DNA of 64,000 nucleotides from Lachnospiraceae bacterium (GTDB lineage Bacteria; Bacillota; Clostridia; Lachnospirales; Lachnospiraceae): NCBI GenBank assembly GCA_045627185.1, contig JAZQNE010000026.1, positions 9,719 to 73,718 of the forward strand, read 5' to 3'. Shown piece by piece: positions 17,623 to 28,131 of this stretch (position 1 is its first letter; each line of letters starts with the position of its first letter). The notes under the pieces were generated by a model. It saw only the letters and a program-made list of their open reading frames with translations, ran no database searches and was not told where the DNA came from. The position numbers and the translations under genes were made by a program.

Positions 17623-20106
17623 TTACTTCCAAAACTTCTTCAGTTCCTCCACCATCTTTTCTTTATCAACAACCATATTGGGGAACCACTCACGCGGGAA
17701 CAGCTGCTGGTACTGCGATTGCAGGAAACGGTCATCAAGCAGAAGAATTGCACCACGGTCCTCCATGGTACGGATCACACGGCCCGCTGCCTGCTCAACC
17801 TTGTTCATGCCGGCATAAAGATAAGCATATTCAAAGCCGGTGTTGTTGCGCTCATCAAAGAATGCGCGGAAAAGTTCACGTTCGTTGCAGACCTGCGGAA
17901 GACCCGTGCCTACTACAACAGCGCCTATCAGGCAGTCATTCTTCAAATCAATGCCCTCTCCGAAAATGCCGCCCATAATACAGAAACCGGTGTGCGGCTC
18001 GGAATTGTCTTCAAAGGCCGCAAGGAATTCTTCCTTTTCATTTTCCCTCATGCCCGTCTTCTGAAGAATGAGCCCCGGAATCCTGTCCCCGCAGAGCTCC
18101 GCAATTTCAGAAAGCATCTTGTAGGATGGGAAGAAAACCATGTAATTTCCGGGCTTTGCAGAAACAAAAGCCTCTATGTATTCAGCAATTTTAAGGTATT
18201 CATCCTCTGAGCGCCTGCTGTACTTAGTGCTTACGCCACGGCCTATCATGAGAAGCCTGTTCTCAGGCAAAAACGGCGATGGTGCATAGATTGCGTAATC
18301 ATCCTCACGGCCGCCAAGCTGCTCACGGTAATAGTTAATGGGCAGAAGTGTTGCAGAAAAGAAAACGGACGCCCTGATTTTATCAAGACACGTCTTCAGG
18401 TTCTCCGACGGGTCCATGCACATCAGACGGAGACGGAACTCGCCATCATCGTTGAAATCAGTCACGATGATATAATTCTCATCCATCAGGTCGTACATGG
18501 CCGCAAAGTGCCTTATTTCAAAGTAAAAGTCGAGAATTGCGTCCCTGTCCTCTGCCTCATGGAACTTGCGCAGATGCTCATCAAGAAGCGTCTGCAGGTG
18601 CAGAATCGGGTTGCAAAGCTCATCTATACTGTCAAGAACCTCGCATCCGTCGCACTCGCGTTTCAATTCCAGAAGCTTCTTATTCAGGGTTTCAAGCGCC
18701 TTCGCAAGTGCGTGGTCATTATTATTGATGATACGCTTAACCTCAAGCACATGCGACTTATTCAGCTCAGCACTGTACATTTCGCAGGCACGCGGCACAA
18801 GGTTATGAGCTTCATCAGCAAGCAGAATGTAAGCCGGCGGCTTTTCGTCAGCAAAGAAGCGCTTCAGGTAAACATTCGGGTCAAAAATATAGTTATAATC
18901 ACAAACGATGCCATCTGCCCAGGTACTGATATCAAGGCACATTTCGAACGGGCATACATTGTGTTTCTCTGCATATTGAAGGATGAGTTCGCGCGAGATG
19001 CCGCTTTCGTGTGTGAGCATATCAAAAACCGCATCATTCACACGGTCATAATGGCCTTTTGCACGCGGGCAACTGACCGGGTTGCAGTCAGGCTTTTCAA
19101 GGATGCAGACCTTTTCCTTAGCTGTAATGGTTACAAGCTTGAACTTCAAATCAGCCTCGGACAGGAGCTTAAAAGTATCCTCAGCCACGGTTCTTGCTAT
19201 GGTTTTTGCGGTTGCATAAAAAATCTTTTCGGCAAGTCCCTCACCCATTGCCTTGACAGCGGGAAAGACCGTCGAAATTGTTTTTCCGACACCTGTGGGG
19301 GCTTCTATAAACAGGCGCTTTTTGCGGAGAATTGTTCTGTAAACGCCCGTAACAAGGTCCTTCTGGCCCGGGCGGTATTCAAAGGGAAATTCGGTTTTCT
19401 TTATACTTTCATTTCGCTCAACAGTCCAGTCATACTGCCATGCAGCCCACTTGAAATATTCATCCGTCAGCTTTTTGAACCATTTTTCAAGCTCCGCAAA
19501 CTCAAAATATTCCTCAAAATACTTCTTTTCCTCAGTTTCAACATTGCAGTACGTCAGGCGGATACCGATATCTGCAGGCAGAAAGCTTGTCTGCATGCCC
19601 TCTGTCTGCATGAATCCGTCAGTAAGCAGCCCGCCTGCGGTTTCAGCATCATCACTAAGCGCAGTAATCTCCTGCTGTTCTGCATCCTCACGTATTACGG
19701 GCACGCATTTCTTCGCATAATACATATATGCATAACACATAGCCTGCGCACGATGCTCGGTAACAGGCGCCTCAATAGCCGCAAGGTCACGTGCCACACA
19801 TTTGATTTCGTCAATCATTATGCAGCGCTCGCCGGGGTAAATGCCATCCGCACGCCCTTCCACAGTCAGCTCAATGTCACCCTCCGCACGTTCCATCACA
19901 AGTGTTGTTGAAAGGGGAACCTCCGCCGAATAAATGCCGCCCATACTCTTTTGAATCTTGCGGTGGAGACGGCTGCCCTGCTGCATTGCATCCATAACGT
20001 CCATGCGGCCGATACGGTTATCAATGTCACCCGAGCGCATAATAAACTCCACCAGATTTCGCACCGATATTCTGATTTTTCCGATTTCTGATGTCACTAC
20101 TTGCAA
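17623..20106 (-). CDS. DinG/Rad3-family ATP-dependent DNA helicase with N-terminal PD-(D/E)xK nuclease domain
   Basis: 827 aa. Nuclease motifs: GRADGIY, IMIDEIKCV and the QxxxY motif RAQAMCYAYMY. Helicase motifs: motif I EAPTGVGKT and the DEAH box LADEAHNL. The start codon is uncertain (TTG at 20106 or GTG at 20097). Confidence 0.8.
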   Translation of the reverse strand: MQVVTSEIGKIRISVRNLVEFIMRSGDIDNRIGRMDVMDAMQQGSRLHRKIQKSMGGIYSAEVPLSTTLVMERAEGDIELTVEGRADGIYPGERCIMIDEIKCVARDLAAIEAPVTEHRAQAMCYAYMYYAKKCVPVIREDAEQQEITALSDDAETAGGLLTDGFMQTEGMQTSFLPADIGIRLTYCNVETEEKKYFEEYFEFAELEKWFKKLTDEYFKWAAWQYDWTVERNESIKKTEFPFEYRPGQKDLVTGVYRTILRKKRLFIEAPTGVGKTISTVFPAVKAMGEGLAEKIFYATAKTIARTVAEDTFKLLSEADLKFKLVTITAKEKVCILEKPDCNPVSCPRAKGHYDRVNDAVFDMLTHESGISRELILQYAEKHNVCPFEMCLDISTWADGIVCDYNYIFDPNVYLKRFFADEKPPAYILLADEAHNLVPRACEMYSAELNKSHVLEVKRIINNNDHALAKALETLNKKLLELKRECDGCEVLDSIDELCNPILHLQTLLDEHLRKFHEAEDRDAILDFYFEIRHFAAMYDLMDENYIIVTDFNDDGEFRLRLMCMDPSENLKTCLDKIRASVFFSATLLPINYYREQLGGREDDYAIYAPSPFLPENRLLMIGRGVSTKYSRRSEDEYLKIAEYIEAFVSAKPGNYMVFFPSYKMLSEIAELCGDRIPGLILQKTGMRENEKEEFLAAFEDNSEPHTGFCIMGGIFGEGIDLKNDCLIGAVVVGTGLPQVCNERELFRAFFDERNNTGFEYAYLYAGMNKVEQAAGRVIRTMEDRGAILLLDDRFLQSQYQQLFPREWFPNMVVDKEKMVEELKKFWK

Positions 20107-20191
20107 TTTCCCCGATTTTCTGATATATTCTTGAAAAGCAATTTTGCTCCGCTCATGCAGCGGATACTTATTTTAGAAAGGACTTATAAAC

Positions 20192-20503
20192 ATGGCAAAA
20201 AACGAAGAAGTTTACGACCAGGTTACACTTACCCTTGAAGATAATTCAGAGCTTCTGTGTGATATTTTAGCTATTTTCCCCTGCGATGGCAAGGAATATA
20301 TCGCATTAATTCCCGCTGACGGAGATGAGGACTCTGACATTTTCCTGTACCGTTTTGAAGGCAACGGCGGTGATGAAGAAGACATGAAGCTTATTGATAT
20401 CGAGTCAGATGACGAATTCGAGGCAGCTTCAGACGCATTCTATGAGCTTCTTGATGAAGAAGAATTCGCAGACGTTCTTGAAGACGAAGATGACGAGCAG
20501 TAA
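20192..20503 (+). CDS. DUF1292 family protein
   Basis: 103 aa, acidic. The DUF1292 signature is LCDILAIFPCDGKEYIALIPADGDEDSDIFLYRF. Confidence 0.75.
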   Translation: MAKNEEVYDQVTLTLEDNSELLCDILAIFPCDGKEYIALIPADGDEDSDIFLYRFEGNGGDEEDMKLIDIESDDEFEAASDAFYELLDEEEFADVLEDEDDEQ

Positions 20504-22327
20504 TCAACTGCCCGGCACACCAACCTTAGCCTGCATTTCATGAACAAAGCGCGACGGCAGTACATTTCGGCCGCCGCGTTTTTTTACGTAAAAAACGGTC
20601 AGCTCCGTTTTTGCTCGCGTCATTGCAACATACATCGCACGCCTTTCCTCTTCAAGCGCAGCCTCCGTTACAGCAGCCTTAAGCGGTGTAATCCCCTCAT
20701 TTGCATCAATAATAATAACCTTTTCAAACTCAAGCCCCTTTGATGCGTGAAACGTCATAAGTTTCACGGAATTCCCGGTTTCATCGCTCTTTTCCTCATT
20801 ATCCCTGTAGGTTTTCTTAAGTTTCTCCTCCCATTCGAAGCTTGTTTTCATGCCTCTTGCGCTTTCCTGCAAATCCTCCAGAATATCAAAAAGTTCATTT
20901 TTATCTGCTCCGTGCGAATATGCATATTCATCAAGATAACGTTCGTATCCCAGCGCCCGCCTGATGTAAAAGCAGGCTCCGTACGGGTCAAGCCCCTGCA
21001 GAAGCGAAAGCCCGTCAAACAGGTGTGTAAGCTGCTTTCTGGCGGAATCACCGGCTCTTTTAATACAATTTAACGGAGAAACGGTCTCATCCGGAAAGCA
21101 TTCTCTTGTAATCCCCCTGTACGGCCTGTTACAGATTCGAAGATACAAAGGCCTCTCTTTTTCGCCCTCCGCAATCCTCATAAAAGCAAGAAGATCCTTT
21201 GTAATCCAGTGGTTTCCGTAGTCAGGAAGTCTTTCCTTAAGCGAAAACCTGATTCCTTCCGATGCGAGCGTTTCCGCCAGGCCGCGCGGCTGCATGTTAG
21301 TCCGGAAAAGAACAGCCGTTTCTCCGGGCGGGACCTGTGTGCCTTTAAGGATACGCGCCACCGTGGCATATTCCGTGCGACGGTCTTCGCATACAAGCAG
21401 TTCGACACTCCCTGTTTTTTCGGATGCATTGGTAATATTCTTGTTTCTGTGCGATGAATTCCTGGCTATAACACGCCCGGCAGCAGCCGTTATGCACGGT
21501 GCGGAACGGTAATTTCTGCCCAGGGTGACAATCCTGCATCTTGGAAAATCATCAAGAAAAACATCAACAAGTCCGGGCTCCGCACCACGAAACGCATAGA
21601 TGCTCTGGTCATCATCTCCCACTACAAACAGATTGTTAAGCGGAGCCGCCAGAAGCCTTACCGTTTCATACTGCAGCCGGTTAATATCCTGAAATTCGTC
21701 AACCAGAATGTATTTGTACTTGTTCTGCCAGGTTTTACGGACAGCACCGTCATTTTTCAGAAGCTTAAGGCACTCGGAAAGAATATCGTCGAAATCAATC
21801 TTGGAAGCCTTTTTCATTTCCAGCCTGTATTTTTCAAGGATGGTCTCAAACTCCGCAGCCGTGCAAGGCAGTCCCAGGCGGCTGTCATTTTTTAATACAC
21901 CGCTTTTTCTGCGGCTGATTTCGCTCAGAAGGCGCTTGAAATCCTCCTGAACATAGGAATGGTCCGGATGCATTGCGTACAGCTCACGGCTGAGAATCTT
22001 GTACTGATCCGAAACTGAAATAATGGATTTAGCGCTTATTCCCGCGCTTTCCCGTAAAATTTTAAAAAAAACGGCGTGGAAGGTTCCGAAAGCCACTCCG
22101 TAACCGGAGACCGATGCCTTTTTCAGGTATCTCTGCTTCATTTCTTCCGCTGCCGCTTTGGTAAAGGTGATAACAAGAATCTGCTCAGCAGGCACCTTCA
22201 GGTCATTTACAAGCCTGAGTACCCTGCCTGTTATCACCGCCGTTTTCCCGGAACCCGGGCCTGCCAGAACAAGGCAGGGCCCGCTTCCGTGGTTAATTGC
22301 TTCATTTTGTTCCTGATTAAAATTCAT
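20504..22327 (-). CDS. UvrD/PcrA-family SF1A ATP-dependent DNA helicase
   Basis: 607 aa. Motifs present: NQEQNEAINHGSGPCLVLAGPGSGKT, ILVDEFQDIN, VGDDDQSIYAFRGA, MTFHASKGLEF and YVAMTRAK. Confidence 0.85.
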   Translation of the reverse strand: MNFNQEQNEAINHGSGPCLVLAGPGSGKTAVITGRVLRLVNDLKVPAEQILVITFTKAAAEEMKQRYLKKASVSGYGVAFGTFHAVFFKILRESAGISAKSIISVSDQYKILSRELYAMHPDHSYVQEDFKRLLSEISRRKSGVLKNDSRLGLPCTAAEFETILEKYRLEMKKASKIDFDDILSECLKLLKNDGAVRKTWQNKYKYILVDEFQDINRLQYETVRLLAAPLNNLFVVGDDDQSIYAFRGAEPGLVDVFLDDFPRCRIVTLGRNYRSAPCITAAAGRVIARNSSHRNKNITNASEKTGSVELLVCEDRRTEYATVARILKGTQVPPGETAVLFRTNMQPRGLAETLASEGIRFSLKERLPDYGNHWITKDLLAFMRIAEGEKERPLYLRICNRPYRGITRECFPDETVSPLNCIKRAGDSARKQLTHLFDGLSLLQGLDPYGACFYIRRALGYERYLDEYAYSHGADKNELFDILEDLQESARGMKTSFEWEEKLKKTYRDNEEKSDETGNSVKLMTFHASKGLEFEKVIIIDANEGITPLKAAVTEAALEEERRAMYVAMTRAKTELTVFYVKKRGGRNVLPSRFVHEMQAKVGVPGS

Positions 22328-22404
22328 GCATTAATACGGATCAATGCTGATGTTAAACAGATGTTGCAAAGCCCGCATTTCTGCAGGGTCTGTATCACTT
22401 TGTA

Positions 22405-23886
22405 TTACGCATTCTGTACTGCTTTCTCTAACTTTTCAATACCGATGCGGATACGACGCAGGCTTTCATCCTTGCCAAGGATGCTCATGATTTCATAAGC
22501 ACCGCCGGGAGTCATCTGCTTGCCGGAAACTGCTGTACGTACAGGCCAAAGAGCCACACCGTTCTTAATTTCCTTCTCTGCAACATAGTTCATCAGCAGA
22601 GCTTCAATTGCGGATACGGAATATTCCTCAAGTGCCTCAAAACGGGGAAGTAAATCCTTAAGCACCTGAAGAGAATTCTCGCTGTTGGTTTTCATCTTCT
22701 TATGGGTGTACATCTCAACATCGTAATCAGGCAGTTCTTCAAAGAAATCAATCTTCTCAGCGATGTCACAGAAGGTCTCAATACGGCTCTTTACAAGATC
22801 GGCAATGAATCTTAAATCATAATCCTTTGTGATGGTCTTCTTAATGTAAGGAATGGCCTCTTCATAGTATTTTTCATTGTCCATTGCCTTAATGTATTCA
22901 CCGTTCATCCAGCGCAGCTTGTTCATATCGAAAACTGCGGGTGATTTGCTGATGTGGCGGTAATCAAAGGCTTCAATAAGCTCCTGAAGTGAGAAAATTT
23001 CACGGTTATCCTCAGGGCTCCAGCCGCAGAGTGCGATGAAGTTTACAATGGCTTCCGTTACAAAGCCCTGCTCAAGCAAATCTTCAAAGGATGAGTGGCC
23101 GCTTCTCTTTGAAAGTTTCTTATGCTCTTCATTAGTAAGCAGCGGGCAGTGAACATAAATGGGCTCCTGCCAGCCGAATGCCTGATAAAGACGGGTGTAC
23201 TTGGGTGTTGAGGAAAGATATTCATTTCCTCTTACAACGTGTGTGATGCCCATCAGATGGTCATCAATAACGTTTGCAAAATTGTAGGTAGGATAGCCGT
23301 CTGACTTGATAAGAATCATGTCATCAAGTTCATCATTATTAACGGTAATATCACCATAAATAGCGTCCGTGAAGGTTGTTGTGCCTTCTGCAGGGATATT
23401 CTGACGAATAACAAAAGGCTTGCCCTCTGCAAGATTCTTCTCAATTTCTTCTTTGGGAAGATACAGACAGTGCTTGTCGTACTTGGTGATAACCTTTGCT
23501 TCGTCGTCCTCATCCTCTGATACGGATGTTTTAAGGGTTTCAAGACGTTCCTTGTCACAGAAGCAGTAATAAGCCTCACCTTTTTCGATAAGCTGCTTTG
23601 CATACTTCATATAAATACCGGTTTTCATACGCTCAGACTGAACATACGGGCCAAAACCTTTATCCTTGTCAGGACCTTCATCATGCTTAAGGCCTGTCTT
23701 TTCCATGGTTCTGTAAATAATATCTACAGCGCCTTCAACAAAGCGCTCCTGGTCTGTATCTTCAATACGGAGAATAAAGTCTCCGCCTTCGTGCTTGGCG
23801 ATAAGGAATTCATACAAAGCTGTCCTAAGGTTACCTACATGCATCCTTCCTGTGGGGCTGGGTGCAAAACGTGTTCTGATTTTCAT
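22405..23886 (-). CDS. gltX: glutamate--tRNA ligase
   Basis: 493 aa. It has [22 protein letters not shown] (HIGH-type motif) and KLSKRSGH (KMSKS-type motif). Confidence 0.9.
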   Translation of the reverse strand: MKIRTRFAPSPTGRMHVGNLRTALYEFLIAKHEGGDFILRIEDTDQERFVEGAVDIIYRTMEKTGLKHDEGPDKDKGFGPYVQSERMKTGIYMKYAKQLIEKGEAYYCFCDKERLETLKTSVSEDEDDEAKVITKYDKHCLYLPKEEIEKNLAEGKPFVIRQNIPAEGTTTFTDAIYGDITVNNDELDDMILIKSDGYPTYNFANVIDDHLMGITHVVRGNEYLSSTPKYTRLYQAFGWQEPIYVHCPLLTNEEHKKLSKRSGHSSFEDLLEQGFVTEAIVNFIALCGWSPEDNREIFSLQELIEAFDYRHISKSPAVFDMNKLRWMNGEYIKAMDNEKYYEEAIPYIKKTITKDYDLRFIADLVKSRIETFCDIAEKIDFFEELPDYDVEMYTHKKMKTNSENSLQVLKDLLPRFEALEEYSVSAIEALLMNYVAEKEIKNGVALWPVRTAVSGKQMTPGGAYEIMSILGKDESLRRIRIGIEKLEKAVQNA

Positions 23887-24042
23887 TTTTCCTCCTGCAG
23901 ATACTGCGAATATTTGTCGGGTCGTGGTCCGACATGTACGGGGTCTGCCTTCCCGTATGTAAATTATTTACTATCACATTTTGGCGCTATTGTCAAGTAC
24001 TAATCCATTTGCAGATGATTGATACCGGGTATTCGAAAATAT

Positions 24043-25629
24043 TCAAAAATTCATAAACTTAAAGAACAGTGTCTCAAAATCCGATTCACCCGCAACAGGT
24101 ATTTCCTGCGTGAAATGTGCTATGTGGTTCAGCCGCTCCAAAACTACTTCTTTTCTGCCGTTAAGGAATCCCACGGCAGCTTTTTGAAGGCCAAGAATGC
24201 AACTGTTTCCAACGCATGATATTATATCATTTTCGGGGAAAAATCCAAGTTCTTTTATTCGTGAAATATCAATTCCGATGCCAAAGCCGCCCGCCAGATA
24301 AATGTCGGGCAATTCACGGGATACTTCCGATGTTTCTCCGGCTGTTCCGGTTTCTTCATCAGGTCCGTTTTTCAGCAGCAGCTCCGCAACAGCCCTTACA
24401 GCGCCTTTTGCAAGCTGAAGTTCACGTATATCCTTCTGTAAAAGAACAAGCGGCTCTCCGTTTTCCTTTTCCGCAAAAGCAAAACCGCGGTCAAAAAATT
24501 CTTCGCGAAACGTCCCGTATTCGTCAATTATTTCATTTCTTCGCAGTTCCGAAACAAGCTCCAAAAGCCCGCTGCCGCAGATTCCCAAGGGGTTTGCATT
24601 GTCAGCGGTTTCGGTTTCTATGGTGCCATTATTGATTCTGACACTTGTGACCGCTCCCGAAACGCAGCCCATTCCGCATGATATATTACCGCCTTCAAAT
24701 GCCGGACCGGCAGCAGCACTTGCCGTAAAAAGCTTTCCGTTTTGGGCAAGAACCATTTCTCCGTTTGTACCAAGGTCCATAAGAAGCGTAGCCTTCTGCC
24801 TGTTATCAAGATCAAGTCCATAAATTCCGGAAACTATATCCGCACCAACAAATGCGCTGATTCCCGGCATAACAAACAGCTCTGTGCCGTCAAAATCCCC
24901 TTCGAATAATTCACCTGCATCAAGTGTTTCCGCTTCAAGGTTAAACGGCTTAAAAGGATATTTCGCAAGACCTGTGCAGTCATATCCGCGTAAAAGATGG
25001 AGCATGGCCGTATTTCCCGCAATAAGAATATAGCGTATATTTTTTGTGTTTTCCGAAAGCATGCCCAAAGCTTCACGCAATTTACGGACAACAGCTTTCC
25101 GCAGCATTTCACCTTCTCCATCGTTTGAGGCCTTAATGCGGCTTATAACATCTGCTCCGAAGGATGCCTGCGGATTGAGAAAGCATTGTGATTTCAGAAC
25201 ATCTCCGTTTGAATTAAGCAAAGCACAGACAACGGTGGTAGTTCCAACATCAGCAATAATACATTTTTCTTCAATGGTACTGTCTGCAGCTTTATTCGCG
25301 CAAGGCTCCCCGTCGGTTTCACTCTCCCACATTATATGGGGTGTCCGGTTCGAAATTCCCGCTATAACAGGTGTACCGATATCAGGAATTTCAACTGTCA
25401 GTTCACCGTCCGAGTAGGAAGTGCACGCAAGACGCCAGCCTTCATCGCATTTTTGCTTGCCAAATATATTTATGTCACGGTTCCCGGGTGTTACATGGCC
25501 TTCAATAATTCTTACACGGCATTTCCCACAGGTTCCGTTTCCGCCACAGGCTGCAGGCACCTGAATTCCAAGTGCCTGCAACTGCTCAAGAATACATTTA
25601 TTCGGTTGGGGTGGTAATTTTACTGTCAT
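24043..25629 (-). CDS. 2Fe-2S ferredoxin domain / ASKHA (DUF4445) protein, corrinoid-activase-like
   Basis: 528 aa. The N-terminus has the plant-type 2Fe-2S motif ACGGNGTCGKCRV. This is followed by sugar-kinase/actin-fold motifs (IADVGTTTVV, LMDLGTNGEM) as in RACo/RamA-type activators. Confidence 0.65.
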   Translation of the reverse strand: MTVKLPPQPNKCILEQLQALGIQVPAACGGNGTCGKCRVRIIEGHVTPGNRDINIFGKQKCDEGWRLACTSYSDGELTVEIPDIGTPVIAGISNRTPHIMWESETDGEPCANKAADSTIEEKCIIADVGTTTVVCALLNSNGDVLKSQCFLNPQASFGADVISRIKASNDGEGEMLRKAVVRKLREALGMLSENTKNIRYILIAGNTAMLHLLRGYDCTGLAKYPFKPFNLEAETLDAGELFEGDFDGTELFVMPGISAFVGADIVSGIYGLDLDNRQKATLLMDLGTNGEMVLAQNGKLFTASAAAGPAFEGGNISCGMGCVSGAVTSVRINNGTIETETADNANPLGICGSGLLELVSELRRNEIIDEYGTFREEFFDRGFAFAEKENGEPLVLLQKDIRELQLAKGAVRAVAELLLKNGPDEETGTAGETSEVSRELPDIYLAGGFGIGIDISRIKELGFFPENDIISCVGNSCILGLQKAAVGFLNGRKEVVLERLNHIAHFTQEIPVAGESDFETLFFKFMNF

Positions 25630-25672
25630 TTATGCTCCGTATAAGCCAGGCCTTTGAGGCCTGTCCAAAAAA

Positions 25673-28015
25673 TCATTCAAGTTCTACCGTAAAGCTTCCT
25701 TTTCCTGCAGGCAGAATGATTGTATCATTTCCAAGAATCTCGCAGTTTTTACCGTGAGCAGGACTGTTAACAAGGCAGAGTGAGAAGTTTTTCAAGGCCT
25801 CATTTACGGTAATTGTAACAGTTTTTCCGTTTCTTACAACTTCAACATCTATCTCAAGTTCAGCATCCGGGCTGTAAATCCGTGCGGTTGCGGGTACATT
25901 CTCCGAAAGCTCATAAACCCTGAGTTTTGCACCGTTTGCGTAATCATAAACAGCATCCGTGTTTTGTGAGCCGACAGCAACAATCGAATTAGGACGTACA
26001 TACAGTGGAATCGAGCAATAGCCTGTCTTTTCCTCATACCAGCGGCCGCCCTGCTTTGTTTCGCCCGTGAAGAAGTCAGTCCAGGTACCTTCGGGAAGAT
26101 AGAAACTGCCAAGGCTTTCATCGTTGAAAACAGGCGCTACAAGAAGGGAATCGCCCATCATGTACTGCTTGTCAAGATAGCCGCAGTTTTTGTCACCGGT
26201 AAACTCAAGAACCATTGAACGCATCATGGGAACACCGGTTTTGCTTGCATTTACAGCCATTGAATAAAGGTAAGGCATTAGTGAAGCCTTAAGTTTTGTA
26301 AAGAATCTTACAACATCAACGGCTTCTTCATCATATGCCCACGGAACCCTGTAGGAGCTGCTTCCGTGCAGTCGCGAATGCGATGAAAGCAGGCCAAATG
26401 CAGCCCAGCGCTTGTAAACGTCAGGTGTTGAAGTGTTTTCAAAACCGCCTATGTCATGGCTCCAGAAACCAAATCCGGACATGGTAAATGAAAGGCCGCC
26501 ACGCAGGCTTTCTTCCATTGATTCATAATCAGACCAGCAGTCACCGCCCCAGTGAACGGGGAATTTCTGGCCGCCCACGGTTGCTGAGCGGGCAAAAAGA
26601 ACGGCTTCCTTTGTACCGCGTTTACGCTCAATCAGTTCATAAACAGCCTTGTTGTACAGATAAGTATAGTAGTTATGCATCTTTTCGGGATCCGAGCCGT
26701 CAAAATATGCACAATCAACAGGTATTCTCTCACCAAAATCGGTTTTGAAGCAGTCAACGCCCATATCAAGCAGTGTTTCAAGTTTTCCGCAGAACCATTC
26801 GGTAGCGGCCGGATTTGTAAAATCAACAATAGCCATGCCGGGCTGCCACATATCCCACTGCCATACATCACCGTTCTTACGTTTTATAAAATAGCCCTTT
26901 TCAGCGCCTTCGGCGAAAAGTACGGACTCCTGGGCAATATAAGGATTAATCCAGACACATATTTTCTTGCCTTTTTCACGGATTCGTTTCAGCATACCCT
27001 GCGGGTCGGGGAAAATCTTCGAATCCCAGCACAAATCGGTCCAACAGAAATCCTTCATCCAGCAGCAGTCAAAATGAAATACCTTAAGCGGAATTCCGCG
27101 TCTGTCCATTTCATCTATGAAGTACATAACCGTATCTTCATCATAATTGGTTGTAAACGATGTTGACAGCCACAAGCCGAATGTCCAGGGTGCCGGAAGT
27201 GCGGGACGCCCCGTAAGCCCGGTGTAATTAGTCAGAACATCTTTCATTTCCGGTCCGTTTATGACAAAATAATCAAGTTTTTCACCGGCAACAGAAAAGC
27301 CGGCCTTTGTCACAAATTCCGTTCCAAGTTCGAATTCTACGGTTTCAGGGTGGTTTACAAACACGCCATAGCCCTTGTTTGAAATATAGAACGGTATGTT
27401 TTTATAACTCTGCGATGTGCTTGTTCCGCCGTCTTCATTGCGGATAATTACAGTCTGACCGTTTTTAACAAATGGCGTAAAGCGCTCACCCGTGCCGTAG
27501 AGCAGTTCACCCACACCGATTGAAAGCTGTTCACGGATATAGGTGTTGTCCGGTGTGTCGTAAGCATAACCCTTCCAGTCGGTTTTCATGCAGGCAAGGT
27601 CACCCGGTGCACTGGCAGTAAGCTTTTTTCCATCGCTGTAATAAGTCATTGACCAGGGTTTTTTATTGATAACCAGAGAAAGCTTTCCGCTGCGTACAGT
27701 AACCTCATGCTCAGTTTCATAAACATCAAGCTTCTGTTCTTCATACGGTTTTCCGTCAGAAAAAAGTTCAAACTCCGGTGTTTTTTTCTGCACACCTGCA
27801 AAATGACAGGTTTCCACGCGTAAAATTTCCGGTGCGGGAGACGTGATTCTTACTGTAAGATTGATTCCCTCAAGCATATCGCCTTTGCCTCTGATAACAC
27901 TTGTAGGCGCGCAGAAAACAACTGAGGTATCATTGATATGTGTGTAATATGCCTCGCTCGGTGAAAAGCGCGCATAATGCTCCTTAAGGAGCCAGCAGCC
28001 GTTATGAAACTTCAT
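25673..28015 (-). CDS. glycoside hydrolase family 31 (alpha-xylosidase/YicI-like)
   Basis: 780 aa. Catalytic-region motifs are VDCFKTDFGE and PVHWGGDCWSDYESM, with the GH31 signature FHFDCCWM. Confidence 0.8.
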   Translation of the reverse strand: MKFHNGCWLLKEHYARFSPSEAYYTHINDTSVVFCAPTSVIRGKGDMLEGINLTVRITSPAPEILRVETCHFAGVQKKTPEFELFSDGKPYEEQKLDVYETEHEVTVRSGKLSLVINKKPWSMTYYSDGKKLTASAPGDLACMKTDWKGYAYDTPDNTYIREQLSIGVGELLYGTGERFTPFVKNGQTVIIRNEDGGTSTSQSYKNIPFYISNKGYGVFVNHPETVEFELGTEFVTKAGFSVAGEKLDYFVINGPEMKDVLTNYTGLTGRPALPAPWTFGLWLSTSFTTNYDEDTVMYFIDEMDRRGIPLKVFHFDCCWMKDFCWTDLCWDSKIFPDPQGMLKRIREKGKKICVWINPYIAQESVLFAEGAEKGYFIKRKNGDVWQWDMWQPGMAIVDFTNPAATEWFCGKLETLLDMGVDCFKTDFGERIPVDCAYFDGSDPEKMHNYYTYLYNKAVYELIERKRGTKEAVLFARSATVGGQKFPVHWGGDCWSDYESMEESLRGGLSFTMSGFGFWSHDIGGFENTSTPDVYKRWAAFGLLSSHSRLHGSSSYRVPWAYDEEAVDVVRFFTKLKASLMPYLYSMAVNASKTGVPMMRSMVLEFTGDKNCGYLDKQYMMGDSLLVAPVFNDESLGSFYLPEGTWTDFFTGETKQGGRWYEEKTGYCSIPLYVRPNSIVAVGSQNTDAVYDYANGAKLRVYELSENVPATARIYSPDAELEIDVEVVRNGKTVTITVNEALKNFSLCLVNSPAHGKNCEILGNDTIILPAGKGSFTVELE

Positions 28016-28038
28016 GGGTAACCTCCGGATAAAATAGT

Positions 28039-28064
28039 AAAAGCGAAGTCCAAGGACTCCGCTT
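28039..28064 (-). terminator. stem-loop with U-tract between the 251-aa gene and the GH31 gene
   Basis: The minus strand reads AGCGGAGT CCTTGG ACTTCGCT (one G-U pair) followed by TTTACTATTTTAT. It sits only about 25 nt upstream of the GH31 RBS. Confidence 0.5.
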
Positions 28065-28131
28065 TTATTTTACTTCTAACTGCAATTAAGTGCAAGTTTG
28101 AGGTATATATTTTACTGCAATTACATGTTTT

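Noticed and set aside
18508-19911. A 467-aa ORF on the plus strand, the longest plus-strand ORF in the window.
   Set aside because: It is entirely antisense to the DinG-like helicase gene, whose motifs are unambiguous. Its translation is Leu/Phe/Cys/Arg/Lys-rich with no recognisable motif, RBS or promoter. It is an antisense shadow ORF. The same applies to 29249..29932, 45697..46338, 10164..10739 and the other short overlapping ORFs in the track.
17623-22327. The helicase pair considered as an anti-phage defence island.
   Set aside because: There are no accompanying nuclease/ATPase/methylase partners typical of known systems. GC content and strand match the housekeeping backbone, and the flanks are hisS-side and gltX-side core genes. 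It is kept only as a low-interest check.
22328-24042. T-box leaders upstream of gltX. I also looked upstream of hisS (12809-12895) and ilvE-pheST (62839-62943).
   Set aside because: The upstream spacers are only about 75-155 nt. I could not find a specifier loop/T-box (AANNNGGUGGNACCGCG-like) element. They are too short for a T-box riboswitch.
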